In this document: piece after piece, positions 13,343-24,348 of the stretch
Layout: every line of letters starts with the position of its first letter
Numbering within the stretch: the first letter of the stretch is position 1
Assembly: GCF_009914755.1 (NCBI RefSeq)
Contig: NC_060932.1
Length of the DNA stretch: 64,000 nt
Source: the human T2T-CHM13v2.0 reference genome, Homo sapiens
Strand: one strand, 5' to 3'
Notes under the pieces: generated by a model
Database searches by the model: none
What the model was told of the DNA's origin: nothing
The model's input: the letters and a program-made list of their open reading frames with translations, nothing else
Made by a program: the position numbers and the translations under genes

Positions 13343-13645
13343 ATTATTTTTATTTTTTCTGAGACAGGGTCTGACTCTGTCACCCAGGTGCAGTGGCGCG
13401 ATCACACCTCACTGCAACCTCTGCCTCCTGGGCTCTAGCGATCCTCCGCCCTCGGCCTCCTGATTAGCTGGACTGCAGGTGCACACCACTATGCCCAGCC
13501 AATTTTTGTATTTTTTTTTTTTTTTTTTGTAGAGATGGAGTTTTGCCGTATTGCTCAGGCTGGTCTTGAACTCCTGAGCTTGAGCAGTCTGCCGGTTTTG
13601 GACTCCAAAGCGCTGGGTTAGAGGCGTGAGCCACCACAACTGGCC
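13343..13645 (-). mobile_element. Alu (J-like) with TSD aaaagcaatga(c/t)ttt
   Basis: Reverse Alu; TSD copies at ~13328-13342 and ~13646-13660. Confidence 0.88.
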
Positions 13646-13677
13646 AAAAGCAATGATTTTAAAAAGAAGACACTTTT

Positions 13678-14226
13678 TTTTTCCTCCTTTCAAATGAGCT
13701 GGTTTAATTCACGGTGACACAAAATTGAGGGTAGAAGACCAAAGAGCGCCCTCTGGCAGGCTCAGGTGGGAATGACGGGTGAGAAGCCACTGAAGACGTC
13801 CGGTGACACTGTCAGTTTTTTGTTTTGTTTTTTTTTTTTTTTAATTTAAAAAAAAAAAGAAAAGTTTATGCTTGAAAGTGCAACAGGCTCCAGGGCAACG
13901 CTCACTCTAGCTGAAGATGGCAAAAGCTGTCCTGGCGGGGGTGCAGGTGTTGAAACAGGAGTGGAGTCCAGGCCGCCACCGCCCAGGCAGAGGGAGCAGC
14001 GTGCTTTCCGCCAGGGGTCTTAGTTCCAGCTGTGGCTGGGCCTCCCTGCGGCCTGTGCTTTCGGCCCCTTGAGGTTCTGGTCTGTTTTGCTTTCTGCTGG
14101 AAGCCTCATCATCTCTGTCCCTCTCCTGGGCCTGCTTCTTGGGCTGTCTCAGAGGCTTCTTGCCATCTTCATGGCCGGACACGGCGCCTACAGCCTCTTC
14201 CCCAGACCCTGCCACAGGAAATGGAC
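13678..14226 (-). pseudogene. Processed pseudogene of TMA7 (CCDC72), antisense in a DENND3 intron
   Basis: Translation VSGHEDGKKPLRQPKKQAQERDRDDEA resembles TMA7 [28 protein letters not shown]. Intronless, ATG mutated to GTG, frameshifted, with A-tracts and 13-bp TSD AGAAGACACTTTT (13665-13677 and 14227-14239). Confidence 0.85.
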
Positions 14227-14427
14227 AGAAGACACTTTTGAGAGGGTGAAAATGTAAGCTGCAGACTGGGAAGGATCTTTAAAATGGGTGCTGCTAAAAT
14301 CATTGCTTTTAATGTAGTCAGATTCACCAGTCTTTTGCTTTATGGTATTTTTATATGTCATACGTAATTTATGAATACAGCACCATGGAGTCAGTTAGGG
14401 GCTCATATCCAGAACACCGGAACAGCT

Positions 14428-14597
14428 GGCCGGGCGTGCCTGTGGTCCCAGTGAGGTGGGAGGGTGGCCAGAGCCCTGGACTCGGAGCCTGTGGTTTGCT
14501 GTGATCGCACCTGTGAACACTGCTGCACTCCAGCCCGGGCAACATGGCAAGACCTCGTCTATTAAAAAGTAAAAAAAAATAAAAATAAAAAAAAATA
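14428..14597 (+). mobile_element. Fossil Alu monomer (FAM-like)
   Basis: gatcgcacctgtgaacactgctgcactccagcccgggcaacat plus A tail. Confidence 0.65.
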
Positions 14598-15229
14598 ACA
14601 GCCACAAACTAGGGAGAACGAAAAACAGACACTTCCCACAAGAGGGCATGGGGATGGCCAGTTCAAGCCATCAGGCTCATTAGCAATTAGAGAAATGCAA
14701 TTAAACCACAATTTAAAAGCCAAAAGCTCCACACCCTTAGAATGGCCGAAATTAAAAAGATGGACGGACGCCAGCAAGTGTTGGGAAAGACGCGGAGCCC
14801 GCTGCACATGAGGGTGTGGGGGGCACCATGGCCCCTGCCGCCGTCTCTCCAGCTGCCCTCCCTCCCTGCCTCCCTCCCTCTGTGTCCACCTGCTCCTCTT
14901 CCAGTTCCCTCTGCCTGGCTGTTTCCTCTAGTGAATGCTCACTCAGCTGGCAGGTCCTGGCTTAGCAAAGCTCACAGGCATTCGGCTCTGCATCTGCCTG
15001 CGGCTCTGACCCTGTCTTTGTGGCCCTCTCACCAGCCAGCTGCCCCCCTTGACTCTGAGCTCCCAGAGGGCAGGGAAGCCTCTGCCTGGGCACGTCTTTG
15101 TACGTACAGCACCTAACATGGGCCTGGCGCTTAGGAGGGCCCAGGAGGCACCTGAGTAAGGGCACCAGTCACCTGCTGCTACAGCAGAAGTGTTTCCTCC
15201 TAACAGTTTTGTGCTGCTCTCCTCTTTAG

Positions 15230-15369
15230 GGCATCTTGACCCAGCCGAAAAAGTTGAAGATGCTCACCCCAAGTTATGGTGTGCTCTGAGCGAAGGCAAG
15301 GTGACCGTGTTCAATGCTTCTTCATGGACCATCCACCAGCACTCCTTTAAAGTGGGCACTGCAAAAGTG
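15230..15369 (+). CDS. DENND3: DENND3 coding exon, start of WD40 region ([25 protein letters not shown]...TAKV)
   Basis: ctctcctctttag acceptor, GTGAGT donor, 140 nt, phase 1/0. Confidence 0.95.
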
Positions 15370-15644
15370 GTGAGTACACGAAGCGTCAGGAAAGAAGCCT
15401 CTGAATTCACGTGATTTCTGAAACCCAAGTGTGTTCATCCATATTCGACAGTAGGATACAAGCTATTCCACAGCCTCACTCGGTTTCTGTAAACAGGGGG
15501 TCTTAACTTTCACCTGGAGTTTTCAAATTAAATGTAAGCTTGTTCCAAACTTCTACTTACACGTCCTTATTGAAGGAGAAGATAATGGCTTTGACTTTCT
15601 CATCTAAAAACAGATTTCAGGCCCCCATCTAAAAATAGATTGCA

Positions 15645-15950
15645 GGGGCTCACACCTCTAATCTCAGCACTTTGGGAGGCTGAGGTGGGTGGATTGCCTT
15701 GAGCCCAGGAGTTTGAGACCAGCCTGGGCAACAGAGTGAGACCCCATCTCTACAAAAACTACAAAAATTAGCCGGGCATGGTGGAGCGTGCCTGTAGTCC
15801 CAGTTACTTGGGAAGCTGAGGTGGTAGGATCGCTGAGCCTGGGAGGTCGAGGCTGCAGTGAGCCAAGATCGCGCCACTGCACTCCAGCCTGGGTGACAGA
15901 GCCATACCCTGTCTCAAACAGACAAATAATAATAATAATAAAATAATAAA
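15645..15950 (+). mobile_element. Alu (J-like)
   Basis: Dimeric Alu with (AAT)n tail. Confidence 0.9.
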
Positions 15951-16034
15951 AATCGACGTCAGTTCTGTGAAGTGGAGCCATTGTGGTCTCTGCCTGCTTA
16001 TTACAGGCTTCACACACTTTGGGAACAATTTCCT

Positions 16035-16243
16035 TCTTTTTTTTCTTTTTTGAGACAGGGTCTTGCTCTGTTGCCCAGGCTGGAGTGCAGTGGTTCAGTC
16101 ATGGCTCACTGCAGCCTCGACCTTCTGGGCTCAAGGGATCCACCTCGGTCTCCTGAGTAACTGGGACTACAGGTGCATGCTACCATGCCTGGCTAATTTT
16201 GTATTTTTTGTAGAGATGAGGTTTTGCCACGCTGCCCAGGCTG
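16035..16243 (-). mobile_element. Alu (J-like, 5'-truncated)
   Basis: Reverse Alu right arm plus part of left arm. Confidence 0.87.
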
Positions 16244-16505
16244 GGAACGATGTCTTCCATCCTGTACTGCAGCACTAAGGTTCCCAGGGACCAGGGCCTT
16301 AAAATGAACCTGCAGTGTTTCCTGGGAACCCTGGTGTTTCCTGGTGGCACAGTGGTTACTGGGTCTCTTTTGGAGCAAAAGAGGAGACAGCTGCCTCTGC
16401 AGTGACTTCAGTGTTATCCACCTGTCCCCACGTGCCAGGTGGCAGAGACCAGGGCCCAGCAAAACTCAGTGTCCACTCGTCACACATTATTCCTCTCACT
16501 TAGAG

Positions 16506-16731
16506 CAAGCTTGTCCAACCTGTGGCCTGCAGGCTGTACGTGGCCCAGGACGGCTTTGAATGAGGCCCAACACAAATTTGTAAACTTTCTTAAAACATAT
16601 GTTGAGTTTTTTTTGCAATCTTTTTCCTTCTAGCTCATCAGCGATCGTTAATGTTAGTGTATTTTATGTGTGGCCCAAGACAATTCTTCTTCCACTGTGG
16701 CTCAGGGAAGCCACAAGAGTGCACACCCCTG
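16506..16731 (-). mobile_element. MER30 DNA transposon (hAT-Charlie MITE)
   Basis: Termini caagcttgtccaacc ... cacccctg with internal gtggcccaagacaattcttcttcc. Confidence 0.85.
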
Positions 16732-17349
16732 ATTTAAAGCAAGTTTGAATTGTTTCTGATAATTTTAAAACAAGTGCAACTGTTAATACATTTTTAGTAG
16801 TGTGTCCTTGGCAGTGCCATGGTGTGTCGCTTCTTCCATGACCATGGTATCTTGAGTGTGGAAGCTGGGATTCCTGCCCTGCTCATCCCTCCAGGCCCCC
16901 AGCGGCCCCTCCTGCCTGCAGACCATCATTTCTTGGGGATTTTCCCTGTTTGCCCGTCAGCGCTGTGAGCTGCCCCTCCCTGCGGATCTGTGTGCGCTTC
17001 CCTGTCGCCCGAGAGGCCGCTGAGTAGCTCCCCGTGCTCTGAGACCCCACACTCCCCCGCACCGTGGCCTGCGCGCCCTTTGTCCATGTTTCTCCTGTTC
17101 TTGCTCATGGATTTGCAGATGACGTTCACATTTAAATTGCATTTTATAGTTTTCAAAATATTTTCGCATCTACACTCTCCTCCTATCTGGTCACCCTCCA
17201 AGCAGCCACCCCATCATGGGATCTGCTGAGAAATCCTCATGCCTTACTCCTTGAGCATGATAGGATTTTTTTTTTTTTACATGTTTAATGTGAAAAGAAC
17301 ACTCCAGTGGAGTATATACCTAAGTATATATTAGGCATTGGCTGGTACC

Positions 17350-17614
17350 ATTTTTTTTTTTGACAGGGTCCCTCTCCCATTGCCCGTGGCTGGAGTGTAG
17401 TGGCACAATCGCTGCTTACTGCAGCCTGGACCTCCCGAGTAGCTGGGGCTATATAGGTGCGCACCACCACACCCGGCTAATTTTTGTATTTTGAGTAGAG
17501 ATGGGGTTTCACCGTGCTGCTCAGGCTGGTCTCAAACTCCTGGGCTCAAGCAGTCCTCCCGCCTCGGCCCCGCCAAAGTGCTGGGATTACAGGTGTGAGC
17601 CACTGCGCCCGGCC
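17350..17614 (-). mobile_element. Alu (J-like)
   Basis: Reverse Alu consensus. Confidence 0.87.
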
Positions 17615-17991
17615 ATGGTATCAGTTTTGATGGCTGTGTTCCCTTGTCTAAAAATAATGTGGGAAAATCCATGGCACAGTATGTGCTTGCAAAACTGCTA
17701 TAAAACAAATACTGTGAACTCAAATACATACCACCAAGAGGGTGGGACCACTCTGAGATACCTGAATAGCAAACTTTACATGTTAGAAGGTAATAAGAGC
17801 CTGCTAAATCATTTCCCCCCATATTCAAATCATGAGCCTCAGATGATAAAGTAATAGGATCCATGATACAGTAAAAATATTGACAAAAGTCTAGTAATGC
17901 TTTAAACCAAACAACAAAAAAAGGAAAAATTAGGGAAATTATTTTTCTAAATTTAATTTTTTTCAGTTCGTTCTTAGTTATAAGCATTTCA

Positions 17992-18360
<369 letters not shown>

Positions 18361-18475
18361 TCTGATTTCAAAGAGTCTAAAAGCAATCATTATGTTGACT
18401 TTGCTTAGCTTAGACAGAAACCCTGAGCGCACTCTCTAGACACTGGGAGCACTGCCAGTTCTGCTTGTTCACATA

Positions 18476-19062
18476 CAGTCGGTCTCATCATTTGGAGATT
18501 CCGTATTTGCAAATTCGACCACCTGCTAATATTTACTTGTAACTCCCAAAACAGATACTCGTGGTATTTTCTTGGTGATCCACAGACATCCACGTGCACA
18601 GACTGGGGAAAAACTTGAGTCACCTGATATGGATTTTCTGGGCCAACAAGTGTCCTCTCCTCGGCCTGATTGGTGCCACAGTTTTCACACTTTTTGCTTT
18701 TCGTTGGTGATTTTGCCATTTAAGAAAGCCTCAAGCATGGAGCTCCCTAAGCACAAGGAGGCGGTGACGTGTCTTGCAGAGAAAATGCATGTGTGAGATG
18801 AGCTTGGTTCAGGCCGCAGTGACAGTGCTGGCGGCCGTGGGTTTCGTGTTAATGAATCAATCATACGTAGTCAATAAGGTGTCTGTGAACAGAGCACGCG
18901 GAGAACAAGGTTATGCACTGATGGGTGGATGACAACGTCAGGGCCAGAGGCTCCCAGGACCCTGAGCCGGCGTGTCCCCTAGGAGCAGTGGTTCCATATC
19001 CGCTAATTCAGCACGTGCAGTAAATGTATAGAATATGACTTCACCAGTATCGAGACTGACTG
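18476..19062 (-). mobile_element. MER82-like TcMar-Tigger DNA transposon
   Basis: TA-CAGTCG terminus, inverted end gagactgactg, internal ccctaggagcagtggttc...gctaattcag. Confidence 0.75.
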
Positions 19063-19092
19063 ATTTCTCACGTTCCCGTGGCCTCCTGTTAG

Positions 19093-19253
19093 AACTGCAT
19101 GGTGATGGCCGACCAGAACCAGGTGTGGGTTGGCTCGGAAGACTCCGTCATCTACATCATCAACGTCCACAGCATGTCCTGCAACAAGCAGCTCACAGCC
19201 CACTGCTCCAGTGTCACGGATTTGATTGTGCAGGACGGACAGGAGGCACCCAG
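19093..19253 (+). CDS. DENND3: DENND3 WD40 exon ([23 protein letters not shown]...QEAP)
   Basis: cctcctgttag acceptor, GTGCAG donor at 19254, 161 nt, phase 0/2, WD-like VWVGSEDS motif. Confidence 0.93.
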
Positions 19254-20192
19254 GTGCAGTAAGCTCTGCTGGGGAGAAGGGACTGTTTGGCTTGTGGGTG
19301 GGCAGAAGGCACAGCGGGTAGGGTTCCCAAGTCTTGTGCCCACAGGGGCCAGGCGGGGCGTACAGAGTGAAGTGGATCTAGAACGAGGAAAGCTGGGTGG
19401 TGTCCTCAGTCTGCTTCTGCTCACGGGTGCGGAGAACCCATGACACCAGTGTGGGCCAAGCGTGGTGATGAAGGCACCACACCCGGCCTTCCTGCTGAGC
19501 TTGCTGTGGGCACGGTGGCATGGGGCAGCCCCGAGAGGGCACAGCCTCCCAGAGGTGCACCAGCCATGGTGTCAGAAGCCTGGACTCGCCTGATAATCGC
19601 CTGAGTGCTCAGTGTTGGCCTTGGGCTGCCTGTTCGCTGCTGTTTCCCACAGTGGGAGCAGCACTGGACACGGGGCATCCAGGGAGACGGGAGGAGGAGG
19701 TGGGGTCTCCTTGAGCAGAGGCCATGGTGGGGAAAGTGCACAAGGCTGCCCACTTGGTCCAGGCAGCCCCAGCCCTGGGTGAGGGGCCACACTCCCCACT
19801 CCTTTTTCCCCTGACTTAGTGTCGGGGGCGCCTGTGTCAGGCCCTGTTGGGGTGGGTAGGGAGGTGCTAGTCTGGAAGCAAAGCTGGCTCAGGAGGTTCA
19901 GGGGTGGCGCAGGGTGCAGGCTCGAGCCCAGCCCCGCCCACAGCCGCCTGCACCTGCAGCCAGCCCATGTCACCCGAGAGCTCTGAGGATCGTGCTGGCT
20001 CCCTGGTCCCTTGTGTGAACGGGGACCGCTGACGAGGTTCCATTTCAGTTCATGGTCATGTCATGGCTCTATGACAACACCTCATTGAGCCTGCGGCCCG
20101 CGGTGGTGGGAGAGGTGGGCGTCCCGAGAAACCCGCCTTTTCCTGCCGAGTCAGTTACATTTGAGCCAAGCCTGGCTGTGGCTGCATTCATA

Positions 20193-20284
20193 GCATGTTT
20201 GCATGTTATTATCATGTTTGCATGTTTGCAGGTTACGTTTGCAGGTTATTATGTTTGCATGTTATTATCATGTTTGCAGGTTAT
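20193..20284. repeat. Short degenerate (CATGTTTG/CAGGTTAT) tandem repeat
   Basis: Direct reading. Confidence 0.85.
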
Positions 20285-20397
20285 CCGTGTTGAGCACATT
20301 TTCTCTCATGGCGACTTGGTTCTCTCTTGGGTTAAAATGTGCACAGTGTTTTCAGGGGCCCAAGTTAAAGGTGTGTGTGTGTGTTTTGTGCCCCCAG

Positions 20398-20531
20398 CAA
20401 CGTGTACTCGTGCAGCATGGACGGCATGGTGCTGGTGTGGAATGTGAGCACACTGCAGGTGACCAGCCGCTTCCAGCTGCCGCGAGGTGGCCTGACGTCC
20501 ATCAGACTGCACGGCGGCCGCCTGTGGTGCT
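20398..20531 (+). CDS. DENND3: DENND3 WD40 exon ([16 protein letters not shown]...GRLWC)
   Basis: cccccag acceptor, GTAAGT donor, 134 nt, phase 2/1, typical WD signature [12 protein letters not shown]. Confidence 0.95.
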
Positions 20532-21159
20532 GTAAGTCCGGCCCCTGCCATCAGAGCGGGCACCCTACCTCCCTGCTCTGGGAAAAGGATGCTGAACGAG
20601 AGCAGAAAGCCTCTTTCCTTTGCTTCACGCCTTTCCAGTCTTTATTTTAAACTCGGGTTCCCTTTCTGTGGTCGCAGCAACCTTTACTCCACCTGCACTG
20701 CTGCTCCTGGGGGCTCCCCAGGCCTCCCTCTGCCTTTCTACCCAGCGGCTGACGGGATGCCTGTCTTGCCTGGATGCACCACTGCTCTCCTGTCCCTCAC
20801 CTTGGCTTTTGCTGTGCCCTGCTCTGGGGTTGAAGCTGGCCCATGTGTCCCCCGGAGTCATGGCTGCTCCTCCTGGGAGGCCTCTGTGTGCGTCACGTCT
20901 CCACACCTGGGGGCAGCTGGCGAGCCCGTGCTCTGTTCCCCTCGGCTGCTTGGCACAGAGCTGCAGCCTGGGACTCTCCGTGGACCCAGACTGGGGATTT
21001 TGCCAGGGGGGCGATGGGAGGAGCAGGTGCTTTGCCTGGCGGCTGTGTCTGCATTTCTGGACGCCCCAGAGCACAGAAGTTGCCGGCACTTTGAGGTCTT
21101 CCTCGGCATGTGCCAGATTACATGAGTGACGGCTGGGAGTATGTTTTCTTTTTTGTAAT

Positions 21160-21870
21160 GGAGGCGTGTTTCACATATAGTAAAGCTCACCAAAAAGTGC
21201 TCAGTTTGTTGTGTTTTGACAAACATCTAAACTACATAACCATGAAACAAATCAAGACACGCAGCGTTTCCGTCACAGCTGAAAGCGTCTGTGCCCCTTT
21301 CCAGGCCGTGCCGCCATTCAGGGGATACAAGTGCTCTTAGTTCTGTCATCTGAATTTGGTTTTTACAGAACTTTCTACAAATGGACTCTACAGTAGGCCT
21401 TCTTCTGTATCTGGCTGTATTCAGACAGCAGGATGTTTATAGTATTCATCGCTGACGTTCTGAGTATCAATATCAATAGCTCGTTCCTTCTCGCAGGGTA
21501 ATAGTCCATTGTGTGCATATGGAACATGCTCATCCTTCCCCTGCCCCAAGTGGGCACTGGGTTCACTCTGCTTAACTGTTTGAAAAACCGTCAGACTGTT
21601 TTCTGAAGTGGCGGCAGCAGCTTCCATGCCACCCGCAGTCTCAGGCTTCATTTCTTCACATCCTCACCCAAACTGGTTCTCACCTGTTTTTACTGACACC
21701 GTCCCCGCGGGAGTGAAGTGGCGTCTTGTGGTTTGGATCTGTGGCTCCCTCATGGCTGATGGTGCTGAGCACTCTGTCGTGTGCCCGGTGCCCGCTGACG
21801 CCTCCCTGGGAGCAGCGCCTGTGCAGGCCCCTGCCCACTGTTCCGCTCACTTTCAGGGCCGGTAGCGACG
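21160..21870 (-). mobile_element. Old L1M 3' fragment (boundaries approximate)
   Basis: T-rich reverse L1 3'UTR motifs such as atagtccattgtgtgcatat and ccctcatggctgatggtgctgagcac. Confidence 0.6.
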
Positions 21871-22444
21871 TGGTTGGGTGCAAGCCAACGGTTGTCCTTC
21901 TTCCCCTCATCTGTTATTTGTTCTGTTCTTCCTTTCTTGCCCTCTTTTGTATTGAATATTTTTATGTTCAATTTAATCTTCTTTACTGTTTTTAAGCATT
22001 ATATTTTTGTTTTATTTTTCAGTGGTTGCTCTAAGAATTGCAATATGCAACCTTAACCGATCACCCTCCTCCTTAACTAACTATGATACTGCTTCATGGA
22101 TAGGGTAAGAAGCTTACAACAGTATCAAGTGTGGTACTCCCAATAATACATTCTTTAAGATTTTTGCTTAAGCAGTCAATGATCTTTCAAGAAAGTTAAG
22201 AAAAATTAAGAAACTGCCCATATATTTACGTTTTCTGGTGAGCCTCATTTCTTCTTAAAGACCCAGGGTTCTAGCTTGCATTTTTTCCCAGTAGACCTCA
22301 CCTGTGCATTCCTCAGGCGCCAGGTGGCACGTGGTGATCCCCCCCATCACCACGCTGGAAAGAGCAGTGAGGCCGGCTCTGGTGCTGGCGTCTTATGTTG
22401 CCAATGACACTGCCTGGCCCCATCCTAGCTCCTTCCTTCCACAG

Positions 22445-22563
22445 GCACAGGTAACAGCATCATGGTCATGAAAATGAATGGATCCCTCCATCAAGAATTG
22501 AAGATTGAGGAGAACTTCAAAGACACCAGTACCTCCTTCCTGGCCTTCCAGCTCCTTCCTGAG
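22445..22563 (+). CDS. DENND3: DENND3 WD40 exon ([13 protein letters not shown]...FQLLPE)
   Basis: ccttccttccacag acceptor, GTATCC donor, 119 nt, phase 1/0. Confidence 0.92.
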
Positions 22564-22639
22564 GTATCCCAGCAGGGGCTGTGGGCCCAGCATGTGCGTG
22601 GCCCGGGGCCCATAGCCCACACCGTGCCCTGCGTTTCAG

Positions 22640-22777
22640 GAGGAGCAGCTGTGGGCGGCCTGTGCAGGACGCAGCGAGGTTTACATCTGGAGCCTGAAGG
22701 ACCTGGCCCAGCCCCCGCAGAGGGTGCCCCTCGAGGACTGCTCTGAGATCAACTGCATGATCCGGGTGAAGAAGCAG
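22640..22777 (+). CDS. DENND3: DENND3 penultimate coding exon ([18 protein letters not shown]...RVKKQ)
   Basis: gcgtttcag acceptor after a 76-nt intron, GTAGGG donor, 138 nt, phase 0/0. Confidence 0.92.
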
Positions 22778-22964
22778 GTAGGGTGGAGGGCCCGCCATCC
22801 CCAGCATCCCCGGCAGGTCTCGCTTGCCCTGGCCGCATCCCCATGCTCCCGAGAGCCAGCCGCACGCCCTCGTGCCCTCCTGCCTTCGCCTCTCAGGGCT
22901 CCCCTCCTAACAGGCACGTGCAGGGTTGGTGCCAACGGGCCCACAGGTCACCATGTGCTGGTTT

Positions 22965-23720
22965 CATGGTGTGGTCCAAGCACTCCACAGCGCATTCCCC
23001 CAAACTGGATGGCTTCAAATGACAGAACTTAATTTTCTCACAGTTCTCGACGCTGGAGGTCCAAAACCAAGGTGTCGGCAGAGCCGCTTCCCTCGGGGGC
23101 TCGGGGGGAGCGTGCACTCCAGGCCCTTCTCTCCCCTACCCGCTCATGTGGCCGCCGTCCTTGGCGTGCCCTGGCTGTGGACGTGGCACTCTAACCTGTG
23201 CCTGCACCACATGGCACTCTCTCTCCCTGTGTGTGTCTCTTATGGGGATGCTGGTCGTACTGGATTAACCAGTGTGACCACATCTGAACTATCTGCAGAC
23301 TCTACTTCCAAAGAAGCTCACATTCTGAGGTTCAGAGGATATGGATTTGGGGGGACACTGTTCAACCCATTACAGTCTGCCCTCTGGCCCCCTAAATCCA
23401 CATCTGTTCCACATGCAAAATACACCCCCCTCCATCACTACATCCCCCGAAGTCCCAGTCCCTCCAGCGTCAGTTCTGAGCCCCAAATCTCCAAGTGAAG
23501 CCAAAGCCCTCCGATGTGGGTGAGCCGTGGGCGGGTCCCACCTGGGGCAGAACCAACCCCTCTTGCACCGTGAACCTGCGCAGCTAGAACAGGCTGTCTC
23601 TTCCCAAAACACAAGGCTGGGCCAGGCAGAGGTTAGACATTCTCATCCGAAAAGGGAGAAATTGGAAGGAAAGCTGGACTTCCAGGCCCCGAGCAAGTCG
23701 GAGACACGGCGGGGGTGGGG
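22965..23720 (-). mobile_element. MLT1 (MaLR) LTR plus adjoining internal fragment
   Basis: ttttctcacagttct...ggaggtccaaaaccaaggtgtcggcagagcc; LTR end ttcaacccattaca at ~23374. Confidence 0.75.
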
Positions 23721-24147
23721 CGGAATTCGTTTAGTGTTTTCCCCCATAACTTAATTGGGGTATAATTGATGAATAAAAATTATATATATCTAAGGTATAC
23801 AAGGTGATATTTCAGTATACATTGTGAAATAATCACAAGCTAATTACCATATCTGTCACCTCACACAGGTGGCTGTTGTTTGGTGAGAACACTTAAGATG
23901 CACCCCAGCACTTTTCCAGCACGCAGTGCAGTCTTCTTCCCCAGAGGCCCCTCGGCCATTAGGTTCTAAGCCCGAGAAGGGTCCTGTGCACCTGCCAGGC
24001 GGCCCTGACCCTCAGGCGGCAGAGGCCCTGTCCAGGAAGGACATAGATTTGGAGGCACACGCGTCAATTCTGGGTAGCCGGGCAAAGCCCTGGTGCTCTT
24101 GGGAGGGGCTTCTTTCCCTGCTGACCCCTCCCGTTTCTCCCTGGCAG

Positions 24148-24348
24148 GTCTGGGTGGGCAGCCGAGGGCTGGGGCAGGGAACACCCAAGGGGAAAATCTA
24201 CGTGATTGACGCCGAGAGGAAGACCGTGGAGAAGGAGCTGGTGGCGCACATGGACACCGTGAGGACGCTGTGCTCGGCTGAGGACAGATACGTGCTGAGT
24301 GGGTCGGGCAGGGAGGAGGGGAAAGTCGCCATTTGGAAAGGCGAATAA
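24148..24348 (+). CDS. DENND3: DENND3 last coding exon ([21 protein letters not shown]...KVAIWKGE*)
   Basis: ccgtttctccctggcag acceptor, final WD repeat ([15 protein letters not shown]), TAA at 24346-24348. Confidence 0.95.

Noticed and set aside
13907-14215. 102-aa ORF as a functional TMA7 paralogue
   Set aside because: The ATG is lost, and similarity breaks after ~30 codons through indels; treated as a pseudogene.
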